The notes below the pieces were generated by a model. The model saw only the letters and a list, made by a program, of their open reading frames with translations. It was not told the DNA's origin and made no database searches. A stretch of 61,859 nt of DNA, the filler included, from Chiloscyllium plagiosum (Eukaryota), in assembly GCF_004010195.1 (NCBI RefSeq). It is 3 parts of one record of this genome, joined end to end, with 100 filler letters (N's around TTAATTAATTAA, not from the genome) between each part and the next. Parts side by side here need not be neighbours in the genome. Positions count along the whole stretch, not along the records: positions 19,414 to 30,724 come from NC_057717.1; positions 30,825 to 61,859 come from NC_057717.1; 1 more part is not named here. One strand, 5' to 3'. Shown here in pieces: positions 25,800 through 38,250 of the stretch. A program made the position numbers and the translations under genes. The number at the start of each line of letters is the position of its first letter. Position 1 is the stretch's first letter.

Positions 25800-26585
25800 A
25801 AAACCACCCCTGTCAGTATTCCTTCCTCGATTCCCTTGTCAGATCCATACCTCCACCAGCCCACAACCCACTCTCCCTCCTTCCCCTGCCTCGGCAAGTC
25901 GTGCAAAACGTGTAGCCAGACCTCTTCCTTCACTTCCATTGAAGGCACCAGGGGATCATTCCTCAACAGATGGGAATTCACCTGCTCATCCACAAAAGTC
26001 ATCTCCTGCATCCATTACATTCGATGTGGTCTCCAGTCTATCGGGGAGACAGGACGCCAACTTGTGGATCATTTCAGCTAACATCTCTGGGACACCCGCG
26101 CCAAACTAACCCACCAAACCGTGGCTGAGCACTTCTACTCCCCCTCCAACTCCATCAAGTATGTGAAGGTCCTAGGTCTCCTCCAATGCCAAACCCTCAC
26201 CGCCTAACGCCTAGAGGAAGAACGCCTCATCTTCTGCCACAAAGGATTAATGTTAATTTTACCTGTTTCGCCATTTCCCCTCCGCACACCTAATCGCAGT
26301 CCCATTTTTCCAGCTGGGCACCATCCGTTGGGCTGTCCATCGTCTCCGACCTATCACTTCATCGGCCACCTTCATCTACCTATTGCATTCTCAGCTAACT
26401 TCCCCGAAGCCCCACCCTCTCCCATTTATCTCTTAACTCCACCAGTCACAAGCCTCAGTTCTGATGTAGGGCGTACGTTCAAAACGTCCATTCTCCTGTT
26501 CTTCGGATGCTGGGTAATCTGCTCTGCTTTTTCAGCACCACACTATCGACTCTGATCTCCAGCATTTGCAATCCTGACTTCTTCA
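25800..26585 (+). mobile_element. Penelope-like element 3' part (GIY-YIG endonuclease)
   Basis: FTCSSTKVISCIHYIRCGLQSIGETGRQLVDHF matches the PLE GIY-YIG region; degenerate hammerhead at ~26461. Confidence 0.85.
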
Positions 26586-28899
26586 TATTTCTAGTTTTGG
26601 AACGTTCGTGGAAATACTCGCATTGTTTCCTGCAGGTTGTGTTCTGAGCTGCTGTGGACATTCACGAAGACCAGAGGCTTTGGTGACGCACTCTGGATGA
26701 ATCACGTGACTGTAAGTACAGTATTATGCCCATCAACATGAACAACACACAGAGCAGACAAGACACAGAGAGGAATCTCCGTACAATGGAATGAGCTGTC
26801 TCAATCATATCAGCCATGGTTTTATTGAATGTTCGGTCAGGGAGGGATGGATCATTTCTGTAACTTATTCAGATATTCCTGCTTGTAACAAGCCAATTCA
26901 ATTCCCCTAATCTCCTAGTGTCCCATATCCTTGGAGAGTGAGTCACCTCCTCCTGTTCCTGGGTAACAACATCCTGGGGCCTCACCAGCCTCCATATTTT
27001 CCTGTGCCCCGGTCTTGAGCGGTTGAATGCCTTCCTCCTGTTCAGGGTTGCCTTGTTTGTGAAAATAAATGTCCTTCTCCTGCTCCTGTATATCAGGCTC
27101 CAGCAGTTGTGTGCTCTCCTGCTGCTTCTATGGAATAGTACTGAGGGACTTAATGGCCTCTTCACTTTCCTTCCAGTTTCTGTTTACTGAAAACGTTTTT
27201 CATGATTATGTATATCTTCAAAATCTGAAGGATGCATTTGTTTTCTTTTTTACTGTAGGTAATTGAGCAAACAGGTTGACTCTTGGTGTATTTGTATGAC
27301 AGATTAGGGAAGGCCAATGTGCCACAGGTTCGCGGGGCTGAATAACCTCCTCCTCTCCCTATATAAAAGATGTGAGAGGCTGAATGGCCTCCTCCTGCCC
27401 CTCATTAACAGGCTTGAGAGGCCCAATGCCTCCCTCTTGTTAGCGATAATATTCTCGAGAGGCTACACGATCGATTCCTCTTCCTCTGCAGGGGAAACGA
27501 GAGGATGAATAGACTCCGTCATCCCTCTGTAGTTACAGCATCTGGGTGTGCAACATGAACAACAAATGAAGCAGGGGCTGCAGAGAAGGGTAGCTCTGAA
27601 CCCACGGTGTGAGTGTGTGGGGAAAGGGATCTACTGCATCCATTCCCGGTTTTCCAAGAACAGCTTCCCAACTGCACCTAACCAAGGAACAGAGTGTGAG
27701 GACACGCTGATTGAACAAGGTGCTGGTCACAGAGCGGTGTCACCCCCTTCAACATGACTTGCAGCTTCACAACAAGGTGGGACCGTGCTGCCAGTGGCTA
27801 TTAGGGTCACATTTTCAGTTAGCCCGTATGATCTCCAAATTTCTAGGCAGGAGTGAGTTATATATCCATCATCTCCCAATGTGTCACCATCAATGTGATC
27901 ATTAGTTGACAGAGGATATGTATAATGAAAGACAGGAATACGATGTTTTCTGCCTTAGCAGTGAGCTGACGGGTGTATCCTTGTTTTCCCAGTTTTGTGG
28001 GATTCGCGATAGTGCACATGGCTCTGCAGGGTCCCCATGTCAATGGGGAGAGGTAGAGGAACTGAAGAAGTTCTCACTCCATTAACGTTGCAGTGTTTCC
28101 ATGCACCTTATATCATGTTGGCGAATACCTGCTCTCCTAGCAGCAACCAGCACCTCTTCATCTAGAAGCAGTCAGCCAGTCCCATCGTCATCGGGTCTGT
28201 ATGTAGATAGAATGGACTCTGGAATAAAGGCCGTACCTTTGATGCACGCTGCAAATCGCCCTCCACAGGCCACTCCAAACCGCCAACCGACTACATCAAA
28301 ATACCCCTTGTGTAGTGAGAGAAATGGAACCACTGGGAACATCAGGGAGCAGACTAACAGGGAGATGGAGTAATACTTCTGATGTCTTAACAGATCAGAA
28401 CATGGTCTAACACTAATTCTGGCTTTCTCTTTCCATTTCAGTAACATACCATCTTCCATTTCCTCTGAAAAAAACAACACCACAGCTCACATAACATGTC
28501 ACATCCCACTTGCAAGACTATTATCCATTATCTTTACATGTCTAGAAACGTTTGCAGACGCTCCAACTTCTCTTGTTTATTTAATTTTCTTTGTATCTTC
28601 GTGTCATCACCAATATCGTTACTGTATACGATAATAACAGCCACAAAACCAGAATTTGCTGGAAAAACTCCGTACATCTGTCAGCATCTGTACCAAAATA
28701 TCAAAGTTACCATTTCCGGAACAGAAGACAGTGAATGGTAGTCGAACTAAAGTATTCTTCCTGGAAGTCAGTGTGGTGTTCCACAGGGCTATGTTCTTGG
28801 GTCTCTACATTTTGTGCTGCTCCTGCATCATGCGAATAAACTTTACCTTTGCATGTATGGTTTAAGATTATCCAGCACCTCAGGGTGATGCCTTTTTGA

Positions 28900-29950
28900 G
28901 TCTGGACCTCTCAGGATTGTGGCACTGTGTGTGCATGCCTTCCCAGAGTTTTGTGTCTATGTGTTTGGGCTACTCAGCTTTACATCTCTGTGCGTCCAGG
29001 CGTTCTTAGAATTGTGCCCCTGTGGGTGCGTGCCTCCTCGGGATTGTGTCTCTCTTGGTCATAGCCTCCTCTGGATTGTGTCTCTTTTGATCTAGGATTT
29101 CACAGGAAAGTTTCTCTCTGGCTCAGGACCTTCTGAGAGTTGCATCTCTGTGGATCCGGGCTTTTCAGGAATGTGTCTATGTGGTTTCAGGTCCACTGAG
29201 CATTTTGTCTCTGTGGGTCCCTATCTTCCCAGGATTATGTCGATGTAGGTTCAGGCCGTCTCAAGTTTGTATTCCTGTGGTTCACGCCTTCTCAGGGTTG
29301 TGTCTCTGTGAGTCTGGGCTTTCACAGGATTATATGTCTGTGTTTCTGGGCTGACTCAGTTTTATGTCTCTGTGCGACTGTGCCTTCAGCACTTTGCCTT
29401 TGTGCGTCCGAGCCTTCTCAGGATTGTGTCTCTGTGAGCCGAGGTTTTTTTCAGAATTGTGTCTGTGGTGGCCCTTATCTTCCCAGGATTATGTTCATGT
29501 GTCTTCAGGCCTTCTCAGGGTTGTGACTCTGTGGTTCTATGCTCAGGATTCTATGCCTGTGAGTCCATGTCGACTCACGTTTATGTTTCTTTTAATTCGG
29601 GCTTTCTCAAGATTGTGTATTTGTGGGTCCGGGCTTTTTAGGATTGTGTACATGTGTGGCTGGGCCTTCTCATTATTATTTATCCCTGGGTTCAGGCCTT
29701 CTCAGGATTGTGTCTCGGTAGGTGCATATCCTCTGAGTGTTTTGTCTCTGTGGTTCCTATCTTCGCAGGGTTATGTTCATGTTGGTGTGGGCTTTTTCAG
29801 TGATGTGTCTATGGGTCTGGGCCTTCTCAAGGTTGTTTCTCTGTGGTTGCCTACCTTCTCAGTTTTGTGTCTCTATGGTTAGGGCCTTTTCAGATTTTGT
29901 TGCCTGTGAGACCTGGGCTTCTCAATGTTGTGTCTCTGTGCACTGTACCT
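28900..29950. repeat. Degenerate ~32-bp minisatellite, about 30 units
   Basis: Consensus approximately gggtccgggccttctcaggattgtgtctctgt; ggattgtg recurs at ~32-bp spacing (e.g. 29041, 29073). Confidence 0.85.
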
Positions 29951-30724
29951 TCTTGAAATGGAGTCATTTCTGCTCTGATTCGGGTAAACACAGTTTTTGA
30001 GTTGCAGCGGGACTGGGTTCGTGCCCTGATTCTAGCAGTTGTGTTCCATCCAGCGGCATGTCAGTCATTCTGCTCTGAGCCTGCAAATCCAATATTTTTA
30101 GTTCTGTGATCGAGAAGACCGTAGGATCCAGATCCCTATTATTAGATTTAAAACCACACCAGTAATAATTTGTATGCAGTTAGAGTTTCGGTTTAAAACT
30201 TGTGAATGAATATAACAAATGTGAGAATAAGATCTGCTGTAGAGATTGAGGAAGGAGTCATCCAGTGTCGATGCCATTCTTGACAGCAGACTCCCATTGT
30301 TCATATTTAAACTGATTGTTACCTTGTGGGATCTGTCTCGAACAGTAATGCCATCTCAAAGCACCCACACACCCACAAATAAATGGCACCCACGCACAGA
30401 GCCCCGATATTCAAACATGCACTCACACAGACTAAGATACACCTCCACATTAACACACCACGTCACAGAGACCCCTCCACAAACAGGGCCACCACATGAA
30501 CACACTGCTTCAAACAGACCCCCCCCCCACAAACACAGCCACCACATTTACATACTGCCTCACACAGACCACCCCCCACGCACAGCGCCCCCGACAGACA
30601 GCCACCCCTGACACATTTCCATCACAGACACCTGCACACAGCCCCCAAGCACGGCCTCCCACATTCACAGCTACGCTACATAAACAGCTACCCCAAACAT
30701 GGCTCCTTCACACACACACACACA

Positions 30725-30824
30725 NNNNNNNNNNNNNNNNNNNNNNNNNNNNNNNNNNNNNNNNNNNNTTAATTAATTAANNNNNNNNNNNNNNNNNNNN
30801 NNNNNNNNNNNNNNNNNNNNNNNN
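30725..30824. other. Artificial 100-bp joiner N44-TTAATTAATTAA-N44 within a CA-rich tract
   Basis: Same structure as 19314-19413. Confidence 0.95.
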
Positions 30825-31249
30825 ATGCCTATGCACATATCTATACACACACGCTCACTCACATACTCAAATGCACACACCCACGTACAAACACACACGC
30901 CCATACACACATACCCCGCATATTCCGACACAAACACACCCATACATCTAGATGAACACCCTCACAAACCCCGAGACTCATACCCACATACTCAAGACCC
31001 ACACACGCTATGCACAGCTCTCACTTCTGGGTTGTAATCCTGTCCCAGTTTATAGTGTCCAGGCTGGCACTGTCAAGCAAATTCATAATTTGATGCAATG
31101 AAACATTTCAGCTGCCCTGTCAATACCTTTATGAAATGTCCTCATTCTTGATGTGCAACTTCCAGGATCTCACTGCTACAGTTATTCCCACTTCCTGTAC
31201 TGTTCAACATGTTTCCACAAAATGGTGTCAGTTGTCTCTCTCTATATTT

Positions 31250-32460
31250 CATGTTTCATATGGCATAGAACTTGTCCATGGAGTCCAGATATTCTATATT
31301 AATCTAGTCCCATTTGCCTGTACTTGGCACATATTCCTCAAAACGCTTCGTATTCCTGTACCCATCCAGATGAATTTTAAATGATATAATTGTACCAGCC
31401 TCCACACTTCATCTGGCAGTTCATGCACCACTGTTTATGTAGACAAGTTGTCCCTTTGATCCTTTTTAAAGCTTGCTCCTCTCACCGTAAGAATAAGCCA
31501 CCTAGCTCTGTATGCACCCAACACAGGGAAGACAAATTGCCTATTTACCTATTCCATGCCCCTCCTGATTTTATAGAATTCGTTAATGTCACGTCTCCGC
31601 GTCTGACGGTCCAGGGAAACAAATACATCCGACTCAGCCACTGCTTACAGCTCAAACCGTCCAATCCTGGCAACATTCTTGTAAATCTTTTCTGAAGCTG
31701 TTCAAGTTTCACAACATTCTACCGATATTTGGAGACCAGAATTGCACACAGTATTCCAAAATTGGCCTAACCAATGTCCTGTGCGGACTAAACATGACCA
31801 CACAACCCCCATCCTGCATGCCCAGAACAATGAAGGAAAGGATGCCAAACGCCTTCTTCACTATCCTATTTCCCCGACTCCAGTAACAAGAACTAAGAAC
31901 CTGCACTTCATTGTTGCTTTGATCAGCAGGAATCCTCAGGAACTTACTATTCTGTGCATATGTTCTGTCCTGGTTTGCCTTTACAAAACGCAGCACCTCA
32001 CATTCTTTTTTCTAAGTTCGGCTCCATCTGCCACTTCTCTGTCCATTGGAGCATCTTAGGACCTGCTGCGCTTTTCCAGCAACACATTTCCAGCTCTGAT
32101 CTCCAGCATCTGCAGTCCTCACTTTCTCCCAGTGGTGCATCTCATCAAGATACTATTGTGCTCCTACTAAACCTTCTTCGCAGTCTATTACTCCTTCAAT
32201 TTTGATGTCATCAGCAAACTTGCTAATTTTACCTTCTATGCTCAAATCGAAATCTTTCCTATGAATGACGAAAAGCAGTGGACCCGGTATCGAAACATGT
32301 GGCACACCTGTGGTCACAGGTGTCCAGTCTGAAAAGCGATCCTACACCACCTCAGTCTGTCATCTACCTTCGAGACAGTGCTGCTGTAAATGGCTAGTTT
32401 CTACTGTAGTCCATGTGATCTAACCTTGCTAACTACTACTGAGGGACTTGTCGAACGCCT
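31250..32460 (-). mobile_element. CR1 ORF2 3' region
   Basis: RTLVRPILEYCVQFWSP motif and KFADD at ~32205-32220. Confidence 0.85.
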
Positions 32461-32489
32461 TACTGCCTACCATACAGACAACTGGTTCG

Positions 32490-32570
32490 TGTGTATGCGC
32501 GTGTGTGTAAGAGAGAGAGTGACATTATGTGTGTGTGTATGTGTGTCTGTGTCTGTTTGCCTGTGTGTCT

Positions 32571-32611
<41 letters not shown>

Positions 32612-32635
32612 TCTGTGTGTGTGTGTGTGTGTATG
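32490..32635. repeat. Compound (GT)n/(GA)n microsatellite
   Basis: Visible directly in the sequence. Confidence 0.95.
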
Positions 32636-35465
32636 TCTTCATGGAAATCGTTCTGACATGTCCATGCCAGATTTCTAAGAACAGCTTTGCAAGCTATACC
32701 TAGCCCTGGAGCAGAATGTGAGGGCATCCTGATTGAACAAGAACGTGGCCGTCGATTATTTTCACCTCGTCCAACGCGACCTACAGCTTCACATCAGCGA
32801 GAGAACGGTGCTGCCAGTGGCTGATAGGGCCGCTGTTTAATTCAGCTTCTATGAATCTGAACTTCACAGGCAGGAATTTGTGACATTTTCATCATCACCC
32901 AGTATGGCGAAATCAAGGTGACTATTCAGTGACGATGTATATATGGTTTCTCCTGAATAGGGAGCTGTCGGGTGTATCCTTGTTTTCGATGTATAGTGGG
33001 ATTCCCGATGGTGTGCATGGCTCTGCGGGATCGCAGTATCAATGGGGAAAGATAAAGGCACTGAAGGAACTCTCACTCCATTAATGTTACAGTGTGCTCA
33101 TGCACAGTACAACATGGTGGAGAATATCCATTGTCCTCGCAACATTTTGAGGCTCTTTATTCAGAAGCAGTCAGCCATTCCCATCGTCTTCGGGTCTCCA
33201 CGTAGAAAGAAAGAATGGCGTCTCGGAAAAAAGGCTCAAAACACTCTCAATTTTACGACTCGCCACCGCCAACCAAGCGTATCAACATACCACATGCATA
33301 GCTTGAGAAATGGGGTCACTGGGAACATTAGGGAGTAGAATATCAGGGAGATGGAACAACACTTCCCAAATCTGAACGGGTCAGAGTGAACCCTCCAGTC
33401 CATTCGGCATCACTAAGTCCTGTAATGTCCGTCCGTTTGTGTAACATAGAGCATTTTATTCTTCCTGAAAAATTCACAGGTTCGCGGTTACCCACATTAA
33501 ATTCCACTGGCCAAGTTGTTGTCCATTGCTTATCCAAGTAGAGGTTCCCTACCTCCTCTTGATAACTTAATTTCCTACCTCTCTTGGTTAGAATACATTG
33601 GTTCCATTAATCGAAAACGTTAAAATTGTTTGCAAATATTTGATGCCCCAGCACTGGTTACTGTGTCGTTTCAATCGTTAATTTGTGTTAAAGACTGATT
33701 TATCCCTAATTTATCGCTGTTCCCGGCTCAGTCCTCCCCATATTTCTATGTAGCAGCTTTAGAAGGCTGAATGCTCCCTTCAATTCCGTGTGTAACATGT
33801 ATGAGCGTTGAAAAGACCTGCTCCAATTTCTGAGTAACAGGCTGGAATGTCTGAATTGTCTCATTCGGTTCTCGTGTAAAACACTTGATGGGTTGAATGA
33901 CCTGATAAAGTATAAGTGCAGTTGTAAATGCTGCTGAACGTATTGGTACCATATCTGAACAGCCCACTGACTTTATGATGGCACTGATGCTGCAGCTGCT
34001 GATAGACCACAGTGATTCATAGATGCCAAGTTTCTATTTGCATGGTCTTTTTGACATATGTCCTGCCTCTCATGAGGTAATATTGCATAACACAGTGGGC
34101 AGCATTTTCAATACGAGGCTAAGATTTTCCCTCTGCCAGGACGGTGTCTTGGCTGCTACCACAGATACTGTTTGGGAGAAATCCATCTGTGAAATTTAGT
34201 TTGCAGAGAAGGAAACCCTCTTGTTGGTTCCCCCATCACTTCCTACAGGCTAGGTGCTGTATTTTGAGGCCTCGCCCTACTCAGTCAGTCGCTGGCCTGT
34301 GGAGACACGCTTGGTGATGGACATTGAAGTCCCGCATGCAGAATACGTTCTATGTCCTTGTCACCATCATTGCTGCCTAGAGGGAAAATGAGTTATCATC
34401 TCGGGGTGGTGTGGAAGACAGTAAATGTTAATATTTAGGCGATTTCATTGACAATCTGTGATCTGCTGCCATGACGCTTCATGGGTTCTGAAATAAATAT
34501 TGGGGACTTCCAAGGTAACTCATTTCCTGCCAGCATAACGCTGTTTCCCCATCACTGGTGGGTCTGTCTTGCCGGTGGGACAGGATATACCCAGGGCTTG
34601 TGTTGGGGAGGGGGGTGGTGGTGGAGGAGTCATGAAACATTACACATCAGTCTTATTCTGTGAGAATGACGATTTCAGACATTTTGTCTGATCTGTCAAT
34701 TGAAAAATACAGCTTACAATAATGGGTTAAAAAGCTAATTGAAAGGAACTCTATCTAACGTATGTTGTATTCTCAAAACAGACTGAGGGAATCAATACAT
34801 ACATTGAGTGAAATGGGCATGATTTAATGAAATTATTGAGGCATGACTACAGGGTGATCGATATTGGTAACTGAATATCCAGGACATTTTTACACCTGGG
34901 AGTGTTAGACAGAACTAAAAATTAGCTTGGAAGATACAGCTGAATAGGTGATGGCATCTGCCTTTTCATTAAAGAGGATTTTGCATAATAGTTTTCAGCT
35001 ATTTTCTTTCTGTTATTCATTTTGTGTACAAAGTATCAGTTAATTTCAAATTGGGGAAATATTTCCACCGTGAGGCCGAGTCGGTCTCACCAGCCCTAAT
35101 GGGCAGAAGGGCCTTTGTGATGTGGGTCTTTGTGATTTCATCACATTCTGTACCAGATATTCTACGGAACATTCCATACCCGACAGTCCTCAGAACACTC
35201 TGTATCTGACATTCTCCGGAACTTTCTATCATGACATTATTTGTGAACGCCCAAACTTCAGTGAATTGAATGAAATAGAAGTTTTCGAGGGAAGAGATCC
35301 CGTTCCAAGGAAATGGAGATACTGTTCCGAGATCCCCTCATTCAGTTAAAGGTTTGAAAATGTTTTCCCTGTATTTACATTTCTTCACGACAGAGGGTCC
35401 ACCACAATTCCAAATAAAAGACAGAGATTTCCAAACTCCGCTTGTCTTCAAGAAACTGGGAGAGA

Positions 35466-35553
35466 ATGCTTCAGGACAGCAACGTTTTCACCCTCAGTAT
35501 TTAGGAACTAGAAGGAAATGACCTTTATTTGCTCTCAAGTTATCGAACATATG
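35466..35553 (+). pseudogene. Candidate degenerate exon 1 of the GPR139-like gene
   Basis: ATG at 35466; 88 nt ending G|gtaat gives a phase-1 donor compatible with the acceptor at 35798. In-frame TAG at 35502 and no clear TM1. Confidence 0.3.
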
Positions 35554-35798
35554 GTAATATGCTGGAAACCATCTGTTCTTATGGATGTGTCTGAGTGTGG
35601 TTGGGGAGGAAGAGTTTCTTCTGGTTTAAACACAGTTTTGTCGGTAATTCAGTCCTTCCCATTTGTTATTTCAGTTCCAATTATTTCATAAAATCTCTGA
35701 CTACAGTGACTCATGTGAAAATATCTCTGGTACCTTAATCAAGCAGGTCCATTAACCTCCAGGCAGATATATAATATATTTGTTTTCCTTCCTCACAG

Positions 35799-36648
35799 TT
35801 AACGTACTTACGATTTACGTCTTCCTTTATAAAGATTGTGGATTGTCTCCATGTGTCAGACGTTATCTCGGGGCCATGGCTGTGGCGGATCTGCTGGTCA
35901 TTATCCTCGACCTGATATTGAGACACATTCCTATTGTTTTTCAGGATCAGTTTTATTTCCTGAGGCGCTTCGTCCCTGTGTGCAATATCCACGCCGTGCT
36001 GCTTTATGCAGCCGCTGGCTGTTCGGTCTGGTTCACTGTTACTTTCACCTTTGATCGTTTTGTGGCCATTTGTTGCCAGAATCTGAAACATCAATACTGC
36101 AACGAGAAAACTGCTGCTGTAGGTCTGGGAATAGTGATGGTGCTGAGCTTTTTAAAGAACATTTTCTGGTATTTTATGTTCAAATCTTGGTATCGGCTAG
36201 TGAACCTCCCCTGGTTTTGTCATATAAAAATGGCTGTTCAAATCTCCCGTGTCTGGATGATAATCGAGCTCCTCCACCACATCCTAACCCCGACTCTCCC
36301 GTTTCTTTTAATTCTGGTGTTCAATGTTTTCACCGTTAGACACATTTTATTAAGCAGTAGAGCCCGCAGGAGACTCCAGACTCGCACCAAATGGGACGTT
36401 CAGTCAGACACTGAAATGAAAAATCGAAAAAAGTACATCATTTTACTGTTTGTGATCTCAGCCAATTTCATCCTCTTATAGTCAACGTTAATGATGTATT
36501 CAATATGGTACCGGATGGGGCAGATTTTGAATAGCTCTATGTATCTTGATTACTTTGTGCGGGAATTGGGCTTCATGCTGCAGCTCCTCAGTTGCTGCAC
36601 AAACACAGCGCTTTATGCCTTGACCCAGACAAAGTTCAGACAGCAGTT
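35799..36648 (+). pseudogene. GPR139/GPR142-like class A GPCR main exon, with one premature stop; 3' end lost in gap
   Basis: Acceptor ttttccttcctcacag|TT AAC. Peptide has YLGAMAVADLLVII (TM2), SVWFTVTFTFDRFVAICC (TM3) and QLLSCCTNTALYALTQTKFRQQ (TM7). A single TAG at 36479-36481 lies in TM6, and the frame continues afterwards. Confidence 0.9.
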
Positions 36649-37148
36649 NNNNNNNNNNNNNNNNNNNNNNNNNNNNNNNNNNNNNNNNNNNNNNNNNNNN
36701 NNNNNNNNNNNNNNNNNNNNNNNNNNNNNNNNNNNNNNNNNNNNNNNNNNNNNNNNNNNNNNNNNNNNNNNNNNNNNNNNNNNNNNNNNNNNNNNNNNNN
36801 NNNNNNNNNNNNNNNNNNNNNNNNNNNNNNNNNNNNNNNNNNNNNNNNNNNNNNNNNNNNNNNNNNNNNNNNNNNNNNNNNNNNNNNNNNNNNNNNNNNN
36901 NNNNNNNNNNNNNNNNNNNNNNNNNNNNNNNNNNNNNNNNNNNNNNNNNNNNNNNNNNNNNNNNNNNNNNNNNNNNNNNNNNNNNNNNNNNNNNNNNNNN
37001 NNNNNNNNNNNNNNNNNNNNNNNNNNNNNNNNNNNNNNNNNNNNNNNNNNNNNNNNNNNNNNNNNNNNNNNNNNNNNNNNNNNNNNNNNNNNNNNNNNNN
37101 NNNNNNNNNNNNNNNNNNNNNNNNNNNNNNNNNNNNNNNNNNNNNNNN
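36649..37148. other. Assembly gap (500 N)
   Basis: N run. Confidence 0.99.
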
Positions 37149-38250
37149 AGATCTCACTGAGTCCGTAAATGCAATGAATGTGAAGGGTATTTGGAGGAAT
37201 ATATGTAAGTGGAAAGTTAAAGTTTGGTTTGTCTTCATTTAAGAGAGTCAGAACATTGATGTAAAGACATGTTGAAGCAGTTTCACAGCGTGTTGGTGGG
37301 ACTGTACCTGGAGTATTGTGTACAGCTTTGGTGACCGAATCTCAGAAAGAATATACTGACCACAGAGGAAGTGCAATGGACATTCTCCAGATTAATGCCT
37401 CAGATGGTGAGATTGCCTGATGAGGAAACTCAGCCTAACACCAGGTTTTTCTCCAAAAGGTTAATTCGGTGGCACTAGCTTTCGAAGTGCTTCATCAAAG
37501 CGCACAACCACCTGATGAAGAAGCAGCGCTTCGAAAGCTCGGCTCTCCAAATAAACCTGTTGGACTATAAGCTGATGTTTTGTGATTTTAAATTTTATCA
37601 TAAACAATGCAGCTGTGAATATGGACGAGGGTGGGGCGGGGTGATAACTAGGTTTGTGTTTGATACAAAGATTGACCGGGTAGTTGGCAGTGAGGAGGAA
37701 GGCCTTATGTTACAGGATAATACAGATGGAATGGTCAGATGGTCACATCAATGGCAGGTGGAATGTAACCCTGATAAATATGAGGTCATGCACTTTGGAA
37801 GACGGAACCAGGCAGGGGAGGACTCAATGAATGGCAGCACACTAGGAAGCTCAGAGGGTGCTTCTCCACACATCCCTGAATGTGGCCTGACAGGGTAACA
37901 CACAATTAAACACAGCCTTCACCACATCGAAGCATAGATTATAAGAGCTATGCGGAACTTTCGTTAGGCCAAGATGGAATACTGTGTGTAATTCTGGGAG
38001 CTACATTACAGGAAGGATGTGATTGCACTGGAGGGGGTGCAGAGGAGATTCACCAGGATGTTCCCTGGGATGGAGCATATCAGCTATGGAGAGAGGCAGG
38101 ATTATCTCGGGTTGTTTAGCTTGGAGCAGAGAAGGCTAAGGAGGACGTGAATCAGGAGGATAAGATTATGAGGGACATGGGCGGGGTGGATAGACAGCAG
38201 CTGGTCCTTTTAATCAAAGGGACACACTTTTAAAGTTAAGGGTTTGAGGC
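37149..38250 (+). repeat. Segmental duplicate of 60272-61859 (CR1 fragments plus Penelope-derived hammerhead insert)
   Basis: Highly similar sequence from agatctcactgagtc onward; this copy lacks ~490 bp (60559-61046). Confidence 0.92.

Noticed and set aside
28440..28480. Apparent 15-nt micro-exon on the minus strand (tttttcag|AGGAAATGGAAGATG|gtatgt)
   Set aside because: It lies inside a decayed CR1 RT segment (GDDTKI...ERLQ upstream), so it is probably coincidental.
28900..29950. CRISPR-like array or Cys-rich ORFs
   Set aside because: The units are contiguous with no unique spacers, the context is eukaryotic, and the ORFs are by-products of the repeat.
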